Source: Candidatus Micrarchaeia archaeon (GTDB taxonomy: Archaea; Micrarchaeota; Micrarchaeia; CABMEP01). From it: a stretch of DNA of 43,109 nucleotides. Location: positions 1 to 43,109 of the forward strand of contig JAVZCX010000003.1 in NCBI GenBank assembly GCA_038874185.1, written 5' to 3'. Each line of letters begins with the position of its first letter. The first letter of the stretch is position 1. Under the pieces are notes generated by a model, which searched no databases, was not told where the DNA came from, and worked only from the letters and a program-made list of their open reading frames with translations. The translations under genes and the position numbers were made by a program. Of this stretch, positions 1-9,517 are shown in pieces.

Positions 1-2
1 TA

Positions 3-908
3 AATGCAGACGAGTATGCAAAAGACCAAGTTTTTGATTTTGCATTATGGAAGGCTTGGACTCCTGAAGATGGAGAGGTTTATTGGGATACTGAAATCGG
101 AAGAGGAAGGCCTGGCTGGCACATAGAGTGTTCAGCAATGTCAATGAAGTACCTAGGAGAATCTTTTGACATTCATTGTGGAGGTATAGACCTCATATTT
201 CCTCATCATGAAAACGAAATAGCACAGGCAGAGGGAGCATCAGGAAAGCCGTTTGTAAAATATTGGCTACATAATGCACATATTCTAATAAACGGCCAAA
301 AGATGTCAAAGTCGTTAGGCAATTTCTGGACTCTTAAAGACGTTCTTGAAAAAGGAGTAAAGCCAGAAGCAGTTAGATACCTATTTATTTCATCCCACTA
401 TAGAGAGCAATTAAATCTTTCAATGGAAGCGCTTGAAGCTGCACAGAATTCAGTCAATAGGATTTTTGAATTCATGCGAAACCTTGATTTGGTAAAGAAT
501 GAATATAATAATCCGGATGTAAAGCAAATTATAGAAGAAGCAAAGAATAAATTTGATATGGCATTGGAGAATGATTTCAATACCCCTCAAGCCATCGCAA
601 TAGTATTTGATTTTATAAAAGAAATAAATATTCTTATGAATGAAAAATTATTGGGCATAGATAATGCAAGAGAAGTAAAGAAGGCAATGTTTTATTTTGA
701 CGATGTTCTAGGCATCCTTGACTATATGAAGAAAAAAGAAGAGCAGCTCCCGATTCCAAAGGAAGAGATTGAAAGATTAATACAAGAAAGAAATGAGGCA
801 AGAAAGCGAAAAGATTTTGCTAAGGCAGATGAAATAAGGAATAAGCTTAAAGAAAAGGGAATCCTGCTTGATGATACCAAAGAAGGAACAATTTGGAAAC
901 TTGCTTAA
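3..908 (+). CDS. cysS: Cysteine--tRNA ligase, 5'-truncated by the window edge
   Basis: Frame is open from position 3: DFALWK, GRPGWHIECSAMS, DIHCGGIDLIFPHHENE, KMSKS, C-terminal ARKRKDFAKADEIR. Confidence 0.98.
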   Translation, partial: NADEYAKDQVFDFALWKAWTPEDGEVYWDTEIGRGRPGWHIECSAMSMKYLGESFDIHCGGIDLIFPHHENEIAQAEGASGKPFVKYWLHNAHILINGQKMSKSLGNFWTLKDVLEKGVKPEAVRYLFISSHYREQLNLSMEALEAAQNSVNRIFEFMRNLDLVKNEYNNPDVKQIIEEAKNKFDMALENDFNTPQAIAIVFDFIKEINILMNEKLLGIDNAREVKKAMFYFDDVLGILDYMKKKEEQLPIPKEEIERLIQERNEARKRKDFAKADEIRNKLKEKGILLDDTKEGTIWKLA

Positions 909-984
909 TCACATATTTTCATTTTTTCGTTAGTTGCCGAATAGAGATAGAAATCTTTATATATATCATTTGTTTGGTTTAATC

Positions 985-2172
985 ATGGGAATGTGGGAGT
1001 TCTTCAGAAAGAAGGACAATGAGCAAAAAAATGCGGAAAAAAATTCATTTAATGAAAAAACCTCTGACTCCGCTAATTTTAATTCCGCAACTCACAATAA
1101 ATTCGGTGAGCCAAAAGAAGAAAAAAATCCATATTTTCAAGACAATATTCCAACACCAGAGCAAATTGACGCATCCATTCTTAACATTCCCATTGACATA
1201 TCAAAATTAGTTGTTACATCTTCTGTTCCTGATCATAAAATTGCCTCTATGATACTCTCAAACATCTTTTTAATTCCAAGAAATATGAAAAGAGCTGAAG
1301 ATTCATGGCCTTACTATCATGAAAATATAGAAACAAATAAGAAGATTCAAATTGAACTTATGGAGAGAAAAGCAAAAGAAGATTTAATCGAATTAAAAGG
1401 AAAAGGAAAGAAAGCAAAAATTAGATTTTATGAGCTGCTAAGAGAAAAAAGAGAAACCATGCAGAACTATTATGACGAGTACGAAAAATCAATAGGACTG
1501 AGTATACAAAAAATAAGGGTTGAAATAATACCTATTGAGAAAGAAATTTCAGAATCTAAGTATAAACTTAATGATGTAAAGCAAAAATTAAATGCAAACA
1601 GGTTAATGCAGCTGGAAAAGATCAAGGAATACAACCAGCTTTTAGATTCCAACGTTAAATCGCTTACAAAAATCAAAGATGCTGTTAAAAATATTCTTTC
1701 TTTGAAGAAACTATGGCAGGCAGCGCATATAGTTGCATCATACATAGTTGCATTTTTCGGAGCGACAGAATTGGTTAGGACAGAGCAATTTAAGTTATTT
1801 ATCAAGGACAAATTAGCAAAGTTTTCAGCAATAGGCGACTTCATATCCTCTAACTTTACTATTGTTCAGGGAATAGCAGCAGGATTAATATTCTTGATAA
1901 CAATAGGCATGTATGATAAATTTGTAATCGATTACCTAAAGAGAAGGGCAATTAAAAAGGAAATAAATGAATTAGTTAAGCGAGAGAAAGAATACGCGCA
2001 AGAGCTCGAAACAGTTGAACAGAAAATATCAACACTAAAGGAGGAAAGAAACAATAAAGTAAAGTCAGAGATTCAAAAAACAGAACAGGATATTGAATTC
2101 ATGTATGAAGATTACAAATTAAAAATTTCAGAGATAAACAAAGAAATGAGTTTATTGTTTAAAGAAGAGTGA
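985..2172 (+). CDS. Hypothetical membrane protein with long coiled coils
   Basis: About 395-aa ORF (ATG 985 preferred over TTG 934); two hydrophobic segments (AHIVASYIVAFFGA; IVQGIAAGLIFLITIGMY) between K/E-rich heptad regions. Confidence 0.7.
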   Translation: MGMWEFFRKKDNEQKNAEKNSFNEKTSDSANFNSATHNKFGEPKEEKNPYFQDNIPTPEQIDASILNIPIDISKLVVTSSVPDHKIASMILSNIFLIPRNMKRAEDSWPYYHENIETNKKIQIELMERKAKEDLIELKGKGKKAKIRFYELLREKRETMQNYYDEYEKSIGLSIQKIRVEIIPIEKEISESKYKLNDVKQKLNANRLMQLEKIKEYNQLLDSNVKSLTKIKDAVKNILSLKKLWQAAHIVASYIVAFFGATELVRTEQFKLFIKDKLAKFSAIGDFISSNFTIVQGIAAGLIFLITIGMYDKFVIDYLKRRAIKKEINELVKREKEYAQELETVEQKISTLKEERNNKVKSEIQKTEQDIEFMYEDYKLKISEINKEMSLLFKEE

Positions 2173-2278
2173 TTTGAGTAGCCCGATATTGATTATTCAA
2201 TGATACGATTTATTTGATATGTGATGTATAATTTTTCACGTGCTATTTTTATCTTAATTCTAATGTCAATTCATCAAC

Positions 2279-3364
2279 TTATATGTAATCACTTATTCTT
2301 GCACTCTCATCATATTTCCCATTTTTCTTTTTTAGGTTGGATATTTTTAATCCTATAAGTCTGATTTTTTTCTCAAAAGGGTAAAAACTAGAAATAAGAT
2401 ACAACCCCTCTTTCTTTATGTCTTCTTTTCTTTTTGAATAGCTCTCCAATGTGGTGCTTCTCGTGTGCGTTTCAAAACCTTCAAACCTCAATTTCAGTGT
2501 TAGCGTTTTGAATTCCACATCCTCCTTTTTGCATTCTGCTTCCAATTCATCAGAAATGACATCGATAACCTCAATGATCTTATCCATGTCATCAGTGTCT
2601 TTCTCAAATGTATGTTCTCTACTGAATGATTTAGGAGAATATTCGGTTATAATTTCAGAATCATCCATGCCTCTTGCATAACCATACACGTCTTCTCCAA
2701 ATTTGCCTAACCATTCCTGTAATGTTGTTTTGCTGACTTTTATTAAATCAGATATTGTTTCTATTTTTTTGTCTTTGAGGAATTCACTTGTCTTTGGGCC
2801 GATCCCTGGGATGACGCGTACATTTAGTGGATTTAAGAATTCATGGACTTCTTCAGGCGTTACCATAGTTAGTCCGTCAGGCTTTTTATAATCGGATGCT
2901 ATCTTTGCAATTAATTTATTAGGCCCTATTCCTATCGAACAGCTTAGGCCCATTTTTCTTACTTCATTTTTTATATCTTCTGCCTTTTCTTTAGCATTTT
3001 CATAATTATTCAAGCTACTCAGATCTAAATACGCCTCATCTATGCTAGCGATTTCAATCTTATCGCTGTATTTTCTTAGCATTTTCATTATCTTTTCTGA
3101 GACCTGTAAATAGTAATCGAAATCAACAGGAAGGAATATGCAATCTGGGCATTTTCTGTAAGCGACGGATATGGGCATGCCTGATCTTATTCCAAATTTT
3201 CTTGCTTCGTACGAAGCTGTGCTTACAACTCCTCTCCCTTTGCCTCCCTTGGGGTCAGCGCCTACAACTACAGGTTTTCCTTTTAATTCGGGTCTTCTTA
3301 ATTCTTCGCACGAGGTAAAAAAGCTATCCATATCTACATGCGCTATTATTCTTCTTTTTTCCAT
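2279..3364 (-). CDS. dinB: Y-family DNA polymerase IV (DinB/Dpo4)
   Basis: AHVDMDSFF, STASYEARKFG, SIDEAYLD, AKIASDYKKPDG, IPGIG, C-terminal IRLIGL. Confidence 0.97.
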   Translation of the reverse strand: MEKRRIIAHVDMDSFFTSCEELRRPELKGKPVVVGADPKGGKGRGVVSTASYEARKFGIRSGMPISVAYRKCPDCIFLPVDFDYYLQVSEKIMKMLRKYSDKIEIASIDEAYLDLSSLNNYENAKEKAEDIKNEVRKMGLSCSIGIGPNKLIAKIASDYKKPDGLTMVTPEEVHEFLNPLNVRVIPGIGPKTSEFLKDKKIETISDLIKVSKTTLQEWLGKFGEDVYGYARGMDDSEIITEYSPKSFSREHTFEKDTDDMDKIIEVIDVISDELEAECKKEDVEFKTLTLKLRFEGFETHTRSTTLESYSKRKEDIKKEGLYLISSFYPFEKKIRLIGLKISNLKKKNGKYDESARISDYI

Positions 3365-3377
3365 CTCTACCCCCAGT

Positions 3378-3968
3378 TCAGTAAATTATTTTCATTATTC
3401 TCTGTATCGCACTTATGTTTGAAAGAACAGCAAGAATTATTATTATGTATTGGAAGGCAGCAAGATTGAATTCTGCAATTATAAGTCCTATTGTGTATAT
3501 TCCAACTCTTTCAGCTCTTTCTAGTATGCCACCCCTCAGATCTTTTTTCAATTCCTTTTCAGCTGCAGCTGCCTTTACATAAGTAGTTATCATAGCGCCG
3601 AACAAGAATAAAAATATCCATGCATGGAACTCAAACATAATAGGCTGCCATTGGATAAATACGAGAGGGAATATGAAAAGAAATTCGTTGTATCTGTCAA
3701 TTACAGTATCTAAAAATGCACCAAATTTTGTAACTTTTTTAGTTTTCCTTGCAACTGCACCGTCAATCAAGTCCATCAAGCCAGAGATAATTATCAGGAT
3801 TGCACCAAATAAAAAGTATCTATTGATTATAGACAGGAATGCCGCTATTGCAACCGCTAGAGATGCAATAGTCCAAGTGTTTGGAGATATGTTAAACTGT
3901 GAAAAATTCTTTCCTATCCATTCTCGAATGTTTTTAAGTGCTTTATTCTCAGATTTTTCAAAAAGCAT
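3378..3968 (-). CDS. CDP-alcohol phosphatidyltransferase (archaetidylinositol-phosphate synthase-like)
   Basis: SPN motif, signature DxxDGxxAR...GxxxDxxxD (DLIDGAVARK...GAFLDTVID), ERAER, multiple TM helices. Confidence 0.92.
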   Translation of the reverse strand: MLFEKSENKALKNIREWIGKNFSQFNISPNTWTIASLAVAIAAFLSIINRYFLFGAILIIISGLMDLIDGAVARKTKKVTKFGAFLDTVIDRYNEFLFIFPLVFIQWQPIMFEFHAWIFLFLFGAMITTYVKAAAAEKELKKDLRGGILERAERVGIYTIGLIIAEFNLAAFQYIIIILAVLSNISAIQRIMKIIY

Positions 3969-3978
3969 TTCATCACTT

Positions 3979-4007
3979 CATCTATAGCTCAATACATCTA
4001 TAGCTCA
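3979..4007. repeat. 13-bp direct repeat CATCTATAGCTCA x2
   Basis: Exact copies at 3979-3991 and 3995-4007. Confidence 0.85.
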
Positions 4008-4048
4008 CTAATCTTTCACTAGCTTGTATTCACTAGAAATGAAGTTAG

Positions 4049-4063
4049 AAAAGAAATATAAAC
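4049..4063 (+). promoter_or_regulatory. Putative BRE/TATA promoter for the C/D sRNA and priL
   Basis: Purine run followed by ATATAAA, about 25 bp upstream of box C. Confidence 0.55.
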
Positions 4064-4084
4064 TATTTCCTGTAAGAATTAATC

Positions 4085-4153
4085 TAGTGATGATACGAGG
4101 TATTGCTGAGCTGCAATTTTTGCAAGCCGTGAAGATAAGAGGATAAGCTGATC
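4085..4153 (+). ncRNA. Box C/D 2'-O-methylation guide sRNA
   Basis: Box C GTGATGA 4087-4093, 12-nt guide, D' CTGA 4106-4109, small hairpin, C' GTGAAGA 4129-4135, 12-nt guide, D CTGA 4148-4151. Confidence 0.85.
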
Positions 4154-4189
4154 TCTTAAGTTCCTCGCTAATATATTATGTGTGGGAAA

Positions 4190-5212
4190 ATGACTAGTCT
4201 AAATAACCTGGAGCAGCTAAGATTCGCTGCTAGATATCCGTTCTCAAAGACGGCTAGAAGTCTTCTTTCACAAAGCAGCTTCAAGATTGATTATGAAAAG
4301 ATTCAGTTTGCAAAGAAACGAATAATGGAAGCTCTTTTTGAGGAGAAGGTTTCGGTTTTGGTAATCGGAGACGAATCGCTCTACGAAAAATATCTAGTTT
4401 CATATCCATTATCAAGAATGATAATCTCACTCTTTGATTCGCAAGTAAGGAATAAGTTTGTGAACAACGAGGTCAAACGCGCATTAGCAAATATCACTGC
4501 AGATAATTTCGAGTACATCGATGAAGCGAAAAGAGTTGCCAAGGAAATGGATATTGAATTAGATGGATTAAAGATATCTGTAGAGAAATATCTTCTTTAC
4601 GTTCCAAAAACAGAAGAAGGAAGACTGGTTTTTCAAAATCTTAAAGACGGAATGATATTACTGAATGAAGCTACCTTCATGTCTTTTATTTCAGAAGTTA
4701 TAAGACAAAACATAGAGTCAGGCATTCCAATTCCAAAGGAAAACTTTCCTGAAGAGCTACTTGGCGATATAGAACAGGTAGCAAAGGAGATAGAAATGGA
4801 GGTTAACAGAAGAAGAGAGGCAAAGGAAAAAGTAGCAGTTATGTTTGCTAAATCCACAGGAGAGATGGCTCCTTGCATGGCAAAGATTTTAGAAAGAGCG
4901 AGAAATGGAGAAAATCTTCCACATTTTGCAAGAGTTGCAATTGCATCTTATTTACTTAAGAGAGGAAAATCTATTGATGAGGTAGTTGAGGTATTTGCCA
5001 ATACTCCGAACTTTGATGAGAAGATAGCAAGATATCAGGTTGAGTTCATAGCAAAGAAGGGATACAATCCGCCTTCATGCCAGATGATGGAGTCGTACGG
5101 TTTGAGGCTTCCAGAATGCGGTTGCCTTGGCGAAAAAGGACATAAGAATCCTTTGCAATACGGCACAAGGTCGATCAAAAGGAGCAGATTACGAAGCAGC
5201 AAGAGATCTTAG
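4190..5212 (+). CDS. priL: DNA primase large subunit PriL
   Basis: RYPF, SYPLSR, Fe-S domain APCM...LPHFARVAIASYL...YNPPSC...C...NPLQY. Confidence 0.93.
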   Translation: MTSLNNLEQLRFAARYPFSKTARSLLSQSSFKIDYEKIQFAKKRIMEALFEEKVSVLVIGDESLYEKYLVSYPLSRMIISLFDSQVRNKFVNNEVKRALANITADNFEYIDEAKRVAKEMDIELDGLKISVEKYLLYVPKTEEGRLVFQNLKDGMILLNEATFMSFISEVIRQNIESGIPIPKENFPEELLGDIEQVAKEIEMEVNRRREAKEKVAVMFAKSTGEMAPCMAKILERARNGENLPHFARVAIASYLLKRGKSIDEVVEVFANTPNFDEKIARYQVEFIAKKGYNPPSCQMMESYGLRLPECGCLGEKGHKNPLQYGTRSIKRSRLRSSKRS

Positions 5213-5220
5213 GTGTTTTT

Positions 5221-6366
5221 ATGGACGAAGAGACGTTTGTAACAGAAAAGTTTAGACATTACTATTCTAATCATTGGACAAAAGCACCGAAGAAAGTGCA
5301 CACAAGAGAGTTTGGTTTTGGCGGATGGTCGAAAAAAATAGAATCCAGGCACTACTCGTTTTCAAGCGAGAAGGAGCTGAACGCATATTTGGGAAGGAAC
5401 GCTCCGTTGTTTATTTCGTATTCAGAAGCGCATTACAAATACCCTGCAGCTAGGCCTATTGAAAAGAAGGAGTGGATTCAAGGCGATTTGGTCTTTGACA
5501 TAGATGCAAATGAATTGGGAATGCCGTGCACCGAGAAGCATGGAAAAGAATGGGTTTGCGAGAAATGTATGGATAGGGCCAAGGAATGCGCATTAAGATT
5601 GATTGATGATTTTCTTGTAAAAGATTTCAACATACCAAAAGAAGAGATAGAGGTTAATTTTAGCGGGAATAGAGGTTACCACATTCATGTATCAACCAAG
5701 TTCCATTCATTAAAAACATATGGAAGGAAAGAGATCGCAGATTACGTGAATGCCAATGGATTGGATTATGAGCATTTCTTTTATCAGGATCCAATCCATA
5801 AAAGAATCATAGGTCCTAAAACAAACGATGGCGGTTGGAAAGGAAGAATTGCAAACTTTGTTGTCAAACATATAAAAGAAAGATCGCTTGAACAAATCGG
5901 AATTCATAAAAAAACAGCTGAGAGATTCTATTCAAGGATTGACGCAGCAGAACAGATTTCAAATGGAAATTGGGAAGCGGTTTATGTATCGGATAAGAAG
6001 AGGTTCTTTTCTCAGATTGTTGAGGCAATAAAGAAAGATCAGGCTGCATTTGTAGATGAGGGAGTGACATTTGATACAAGCAAGCTTATAAGAATGCCGG
6101 ATAGCATTCATGGAGAAACAGGCTTACTCGCACAGAGGTTTGATATAAACAGTTTCGACAAGTATGATTGGACATCAAGGCCAATCATATTTTCAGAAGA
6201 CCCTATGAAGATTTATGTAGATTCATGTGCAGAATTCATTCTTAAGAGCCAAACATTTGGCCCATACAAGAACCAGATTGTAGAACTGCCAGAATATGCA
6301 GCAATTTATTTGCTATGCAAGAAAGTTGCTGTTCTTCCAGAAAATAAAGACAGACCAATTAATTAG
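5221..6366 (+). CDS. priS: DNA primase small (catalytic) subunit PriS
   Basis: REFGFG, DLVFDID, FSGNRGYHIHV, DEGVTFDTSKLIRMPDSIHGETGL. Confidence 0.96.
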   Translation: MDEETFVTEKFRHYYSNHWTKAPKKVHTREFGFGGWSKKIESRHYSFSSEKELNAYLGRNAPLFISYSEAHYKYPAARPIEKKEWIQGDLVFDIDANELGMPCTEKHGKEWVCEKCMDRAKECALRLIDDFLVKDFNIPKEEIEVNFSGNRGYHIHVSTKFHSLKTYGRKEIADYVNANGLDYEHFFYQDPIHKRIIGPKTNDGGWKGRIANFVVKHIKERSLEQIGIHKKTAERFYSRIDAAEQISNGNWEAVYVSDKKRFFSQIVEAIKKDQAAFVDEGVTFDTSKLIRMPDSIHGETGLLAQRFDINSFDKYDWTSRPIIFSEDPMKIYVDSCAEFILKSQTFGPYKNQIVELPEYAAIYLLCKKVAVLPENKDRPIN

Positions 6367-6434
6367 TTAATCTAAATTCAAAATTTAAACCGTAAGCTTT
6401 ATTTACTTCAAATGCTTCTTATTTTTGTGGTGAA

Positions 6435-7067
6435 ATGATTTTCGAAGAGAAAAATAATTCAAAGCAATCCGATAGCAAAGAAGGAATGAGTTTCGAGGCA
6501 GCTAATTTCATAAATAATGAAGAAATAATGAAGCCATATGATAAAAGGCAATACAACGATTCTCTTGCACAATATTCAAAGAAAGGGATTATTTCTGAAG
6601 ATCAAATCATTATAGTAAGGAATCTGTTAAAGAAGAAGGATCCAGAATTGATAAAGAAGTTAAAATGGCAAACTTTGTCATATCTGATAAAAGATTCTAA
6701 TCTTGGAGTTAGAAGAATTATTTCGTATTCGCTTAGATTAAATCCAAATCCTGAAAAAGCAAGCGCCTTGCTCATACAAGCGCTAGAAAAGGAAAGAGAT
6801 TGGATTGTGAAGGAAGAGATGATTAATTCTTTAGCTGAGATAGGTATGAAATTTGATAAAGGAAATCAAATAAGGGAGGAAATCGAACTTTCTATACTTC
6901 CATTTCTTTCAGACAAGCGCCACGTTATTAGAATGGCATCCCTAAAGGCAGTAGCAAAGTTAAAAATATCTGAAGCAAAGTCTGAATTAAATTCGATGTC
7001 GATTTTAGATCCGGTATTAAATGTGAGAGTAAAGGCAGCACAGATTTTACAGGATCTTACAGAATAG
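6435..7067 (+). CDS. HEAT/PBS-lyase repeat protein
   Basis: Repeated L-x-D-x-x-x-x-V-R type units (LIKDSNLGVRR, LEKERDWIVKE, LSDKRHVIRMAS, LDPVLNVRVKAA). Confidence 0.75.
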   Translation: MIFEEKNNSKQSDSKEGMSFEAANFINNEEIMKPYDKRQYNDSLAQYSKKGIISEDQIIIVRNLLKKKDPELIKKLKWQTLSYLIKDSNLGVRRIISYSLRLNPNPEKASALLIQALEKERDWIVKEEMINSLAEIGMKFDKGNQIREEIELSILPFLSDKRHVIRMASLKAVAKLKISEAKSELNSMSILDPVLNVRVKAAQILQDLTE

Positions 7068-7181
7068 AATGGTTTTTAAAACGATATCGGAATTTTACTT
7101 GAACAGACGAATGTAATAATTAATATATATTTCTGTTAAATCAATACTGTTTCTATAACCCTTCACTTTTAAGATGATTAT

Positions 7182-7736
7182 ATGGAAGAGATTACATACG
7201 ATGAACTTATGAGGATACATGCAAGAGAAAAAGGTTCAAGACTTTCAGCAATACCTTCAAACTTTTATCAGCTTGCAGGTAGACTTCTCGCATCATATGA
7301 TAAATCAGACCCAAGTGGAATGAGAGAATACAATAATGCATTGAAAATGATAAAATTCATATATCAAAGAAGGTTGGAGAAGGTTTTCAATTATATTCTT
7401 AGCTATGATAAGGAAATAGAACTTCCTCCAGAAATGTTGGATAAAGAAAGAGAGATATACAATCAGATAGTCCCAATTGTTCAGAAATTCAATAATGAAA
7501 CTGACCACGAATTAGTGTGTCAAAAGGTCGAATGTGATAAAACAGAAGAACAAATCACTTCTGTCCTTAAAACGAAGCGAGACAAATTAAAAATAATTCT
7601 CTTAAAAGACGTTGATGAATTTGTTGGGGCTAATGGTTCTGTGATTGGGCCTTTCAAACAGCAATCGGAAATTGAGCTGATTGCAGAAGATGCAGAGATA
7701 TTAATCCAGATTGGAGCAGCCAAGAGACTAGAGTAA
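7182..7736 (+). CDS. gins51: DNA replication complex GINS subunit (Gins51/Gins15 type)
   Basis: ITYDEL...REK...LSAIPSNFY, RRLEK, C-terminal B domain EFVGANGSVIGPF; conserved position upstream of L44e. Confidence 0.88.
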   Translation: MEEITYDELMRIHAREKGSRLSAIPSNFYQLAGRLLASYDKSDPSGMREYNNALKMIKFIYQRRLEKVFNYILSYDKEIELPPEMLDKEREIYNQIVPIVQKFNNETDHELVCQKVECDKTEEQITSVLKTKRDKLKIILLKDVDEFVGANGSVIGPFKQQSEIELIAEDAEILIQIGAAKRLE

Positions 7737-7899
7737 TTTTAGTTTTTTATTATATTTGGTAAAAAGAGTATTGAATTGTATTTCAGACATATATACTAAT
7801 ATTTTTATATTTATATGTAAATATTAATATAACAATCTCCTAATTGTGATTATTTCACTATGGAATTGTGTGTTTTTGCTATTTAAAGGAGCTGATGAT

Positions 7900-8187
7900 A
7901 TGAAAATGGTTGATACGATTAGAACATATTGTCCAAATTGCAATAAGCATACCACTCAAAAGGTTAAGCTTTATAAGAAAGGAAAGCAATCACCTTTTTC
8001 AGTTGGTCAAGCAAGATATGACAGAAAACTTACAGGTTATGTAGGTAAGGTCAAGGGTAAGAAATCTGTCAAGAAAATGGGCAAGCATCAAAAAGTAATT
8101 CTTGAATGCACTGAATGTAAAAAGAAGCAAGAAAGAATAATTGGGACAAGAACAAGGAAAGTTCTTGAAATAACTAAGAAAGAATGA
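7900..8187 (+). CDS. rpl44e: 50S ribosomal protein L44e (eL42)
   Basis: RTYCPNCNKHT...LECTECKK zinc ribbon; synteny. Confidence 0.93.
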   Translation: MKMVDTIRTYCPNCNKHTTQKVKLYKKGKQSPFSVGQARYDRKLTGYVGKVKGKKSVKKMGKHQKVILECTECKKKQERIIGTRTRKVLEITKKE

Positions 8188-8226
8188 GCAAAGATATTCA
8201 TTCTTGAAATATCATAAGGTGATACG

Positions 8227-8400
8227 ATGAAGACTAATTCAGAATCAAAATTCTTGTTAGTAAAGCATGAATGCGGAAATGAGCAATACGTATTTAACAC
8301 AGCGAAGAGAACTGTTATGTGCAGCTTATGTAAGAAACCACTTGCAAAACCTACAGGTGGTTATGCAAAAATACTTGGTAAGATAACAAAGGTTGTTTAG
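8227..8400 (+). CDS. rps27e: 30S ribosomal protein S27e (not in the ORF track; 57 aa)
   Basis: Hand translation MKTNSESKFLLVKHECGNEQYVFNTAKRTVMCSLCKKPLAKPTGGYAKILGKITKVV; SD AGGTGA; lies between L44e and aIF2alpha. Confidence 0.93.
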   Translation: MKTNSESKFLLVKHECGNEQYVFNTAKRTVMCSLCKKPLAKPTGGYAKILGKITKVV

Positions 8401-8424
8401 TATCATATCAATAAAGGTAATTAA

Positions 8425-9207
8425 ATGGAAAAAAAGAAAAATGTCCCGGAATTAGATGAGCTAGTCGTTGTAACTGTCAATAAGGTATTTCCATATGGGG
8501 CATTTTGTAAAATGGAAGACTACGATATGGATGCATTTCTCCATGTCTCAGAGGTTTCATCTGGGTGGGTAAAGAACATAAGAAACTTTCTCAAGGAAGG
8601 TCAGAGGCTTGTAGTCAGAGTTCATAGAGTAGTTCCAGAAAAGAACATGGTGGACGTTTCTCTTAAGAGAGTTACAGAAGCTGAACAGCAAAGAAAGCTG
8701 GAACAGATAAAAAGAGACAAGAGAGTATTAAAGCTCCTTGAAGTTGCAAGAGAAAAGATAAAGAGTTCTAATAAAACAACCAAACTTTCAATTGAAGAGG
8801 TCAAGTCTATCCTCGAGTCTAATTTCGACGATTCTTTTTCTGCATTTGAAGAAGTAGTTAGGGAAGATGTTTCGGTCCTGAAAAAGACAAAACTTCCACA
8901 GGAATGGATTGATGCAATAGTTGAAACTGCAAACGAAAACATAAAGAAGCAGGTAAGAAGCATAAAAGGCAAGATGTCCATAAAGTGCACAAAAGAAGGC
9001 GGAATAGATATAATAAAGGATTTACTTTCAGTAGAAGAAGGATCCGGCATATCTGTGCATTATCTGGGAGCTCCGTACTACCAAATAAGCGTTCAGGATG
9101 ACGATTTCAAAAAATGTGAGAAAAAACTAAAGCAGTTTGTAGAGAATGTTACAAAATCAGCTTCGAAAAACGAGTGCGAAGTAAAATTCGAGAGAGAAGA
9201 AGAGTAG
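8425..9207 (+). CDS. eif2a: Translation initiation factor aIF2 alpha subunit
   Basis: S1 domain PELDELVV...FLHVSEVSSGWVKNIR...DVSLKRV; YLGAPYY. Confidence 0.96.
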   Translation: MEKKKNVPELDELVVVTVNKVFPYGAFCKMEDYDMDAFLHVSEVSSGWVKNIRNFLKEGQRLVVRVHRVVPEKNMVDVSLKRVTEAEQQRKLEQIKRDKRVLKLLEVAREKIKSSNKTTKLSIEEVKSILESNFDDSFSAFEEVVREDVSVLKKTKLPQEWIDAIVETANENIKKQVRSIKGKMSIKCTKEGGIDIIKDLLSVEEGSGISVHYLGAPYYQISVQDDDFKKCEKKLKQFVENVTKSASKNECEVKFEREEE

Positions 9208-9261
9208 ACTTCTTGTATCAATTTAATTAAATCTTTGTAAAGATCATCTGCAAGGGAGAAG

Positions 9262-9459
9262 ATGAAAAAACTAAAGAAATGTCAAGTCTGCAAAAAATAT
9301 ACTTTGTTGAGCATACATTGCAATAAAGATACGATTTCACCGCATCCGATTGCGAGCGGGGTTGAGAAGAACATTAGGGAGAGAATAAAATCAAGGCTTA
9401 GTATTCTTGAGGAGAATGAAATGCAAGGAACGCAGGAAAAAGAAAAGATTCCATATTGA
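9262..9459 (+). CDS. nop10: H/ACA RNP protein Nop10
   Basis: KKCQVCKKYTL...C...T..PHP; synteny after aIF2alpha. Confidence 0.85.
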   Translation: MKKLKKCQVCKKYTLLSIHCNKDTISPHPIASGVEKNIRERIKSRLSILEENEMQGTQEKEKIPY

Positions 9460-9517
9460 ATTTCAGAATCCTCTCTATATGAATGAATCATTCTATTCAC
9501 ATTTTAACGGTGATTTT

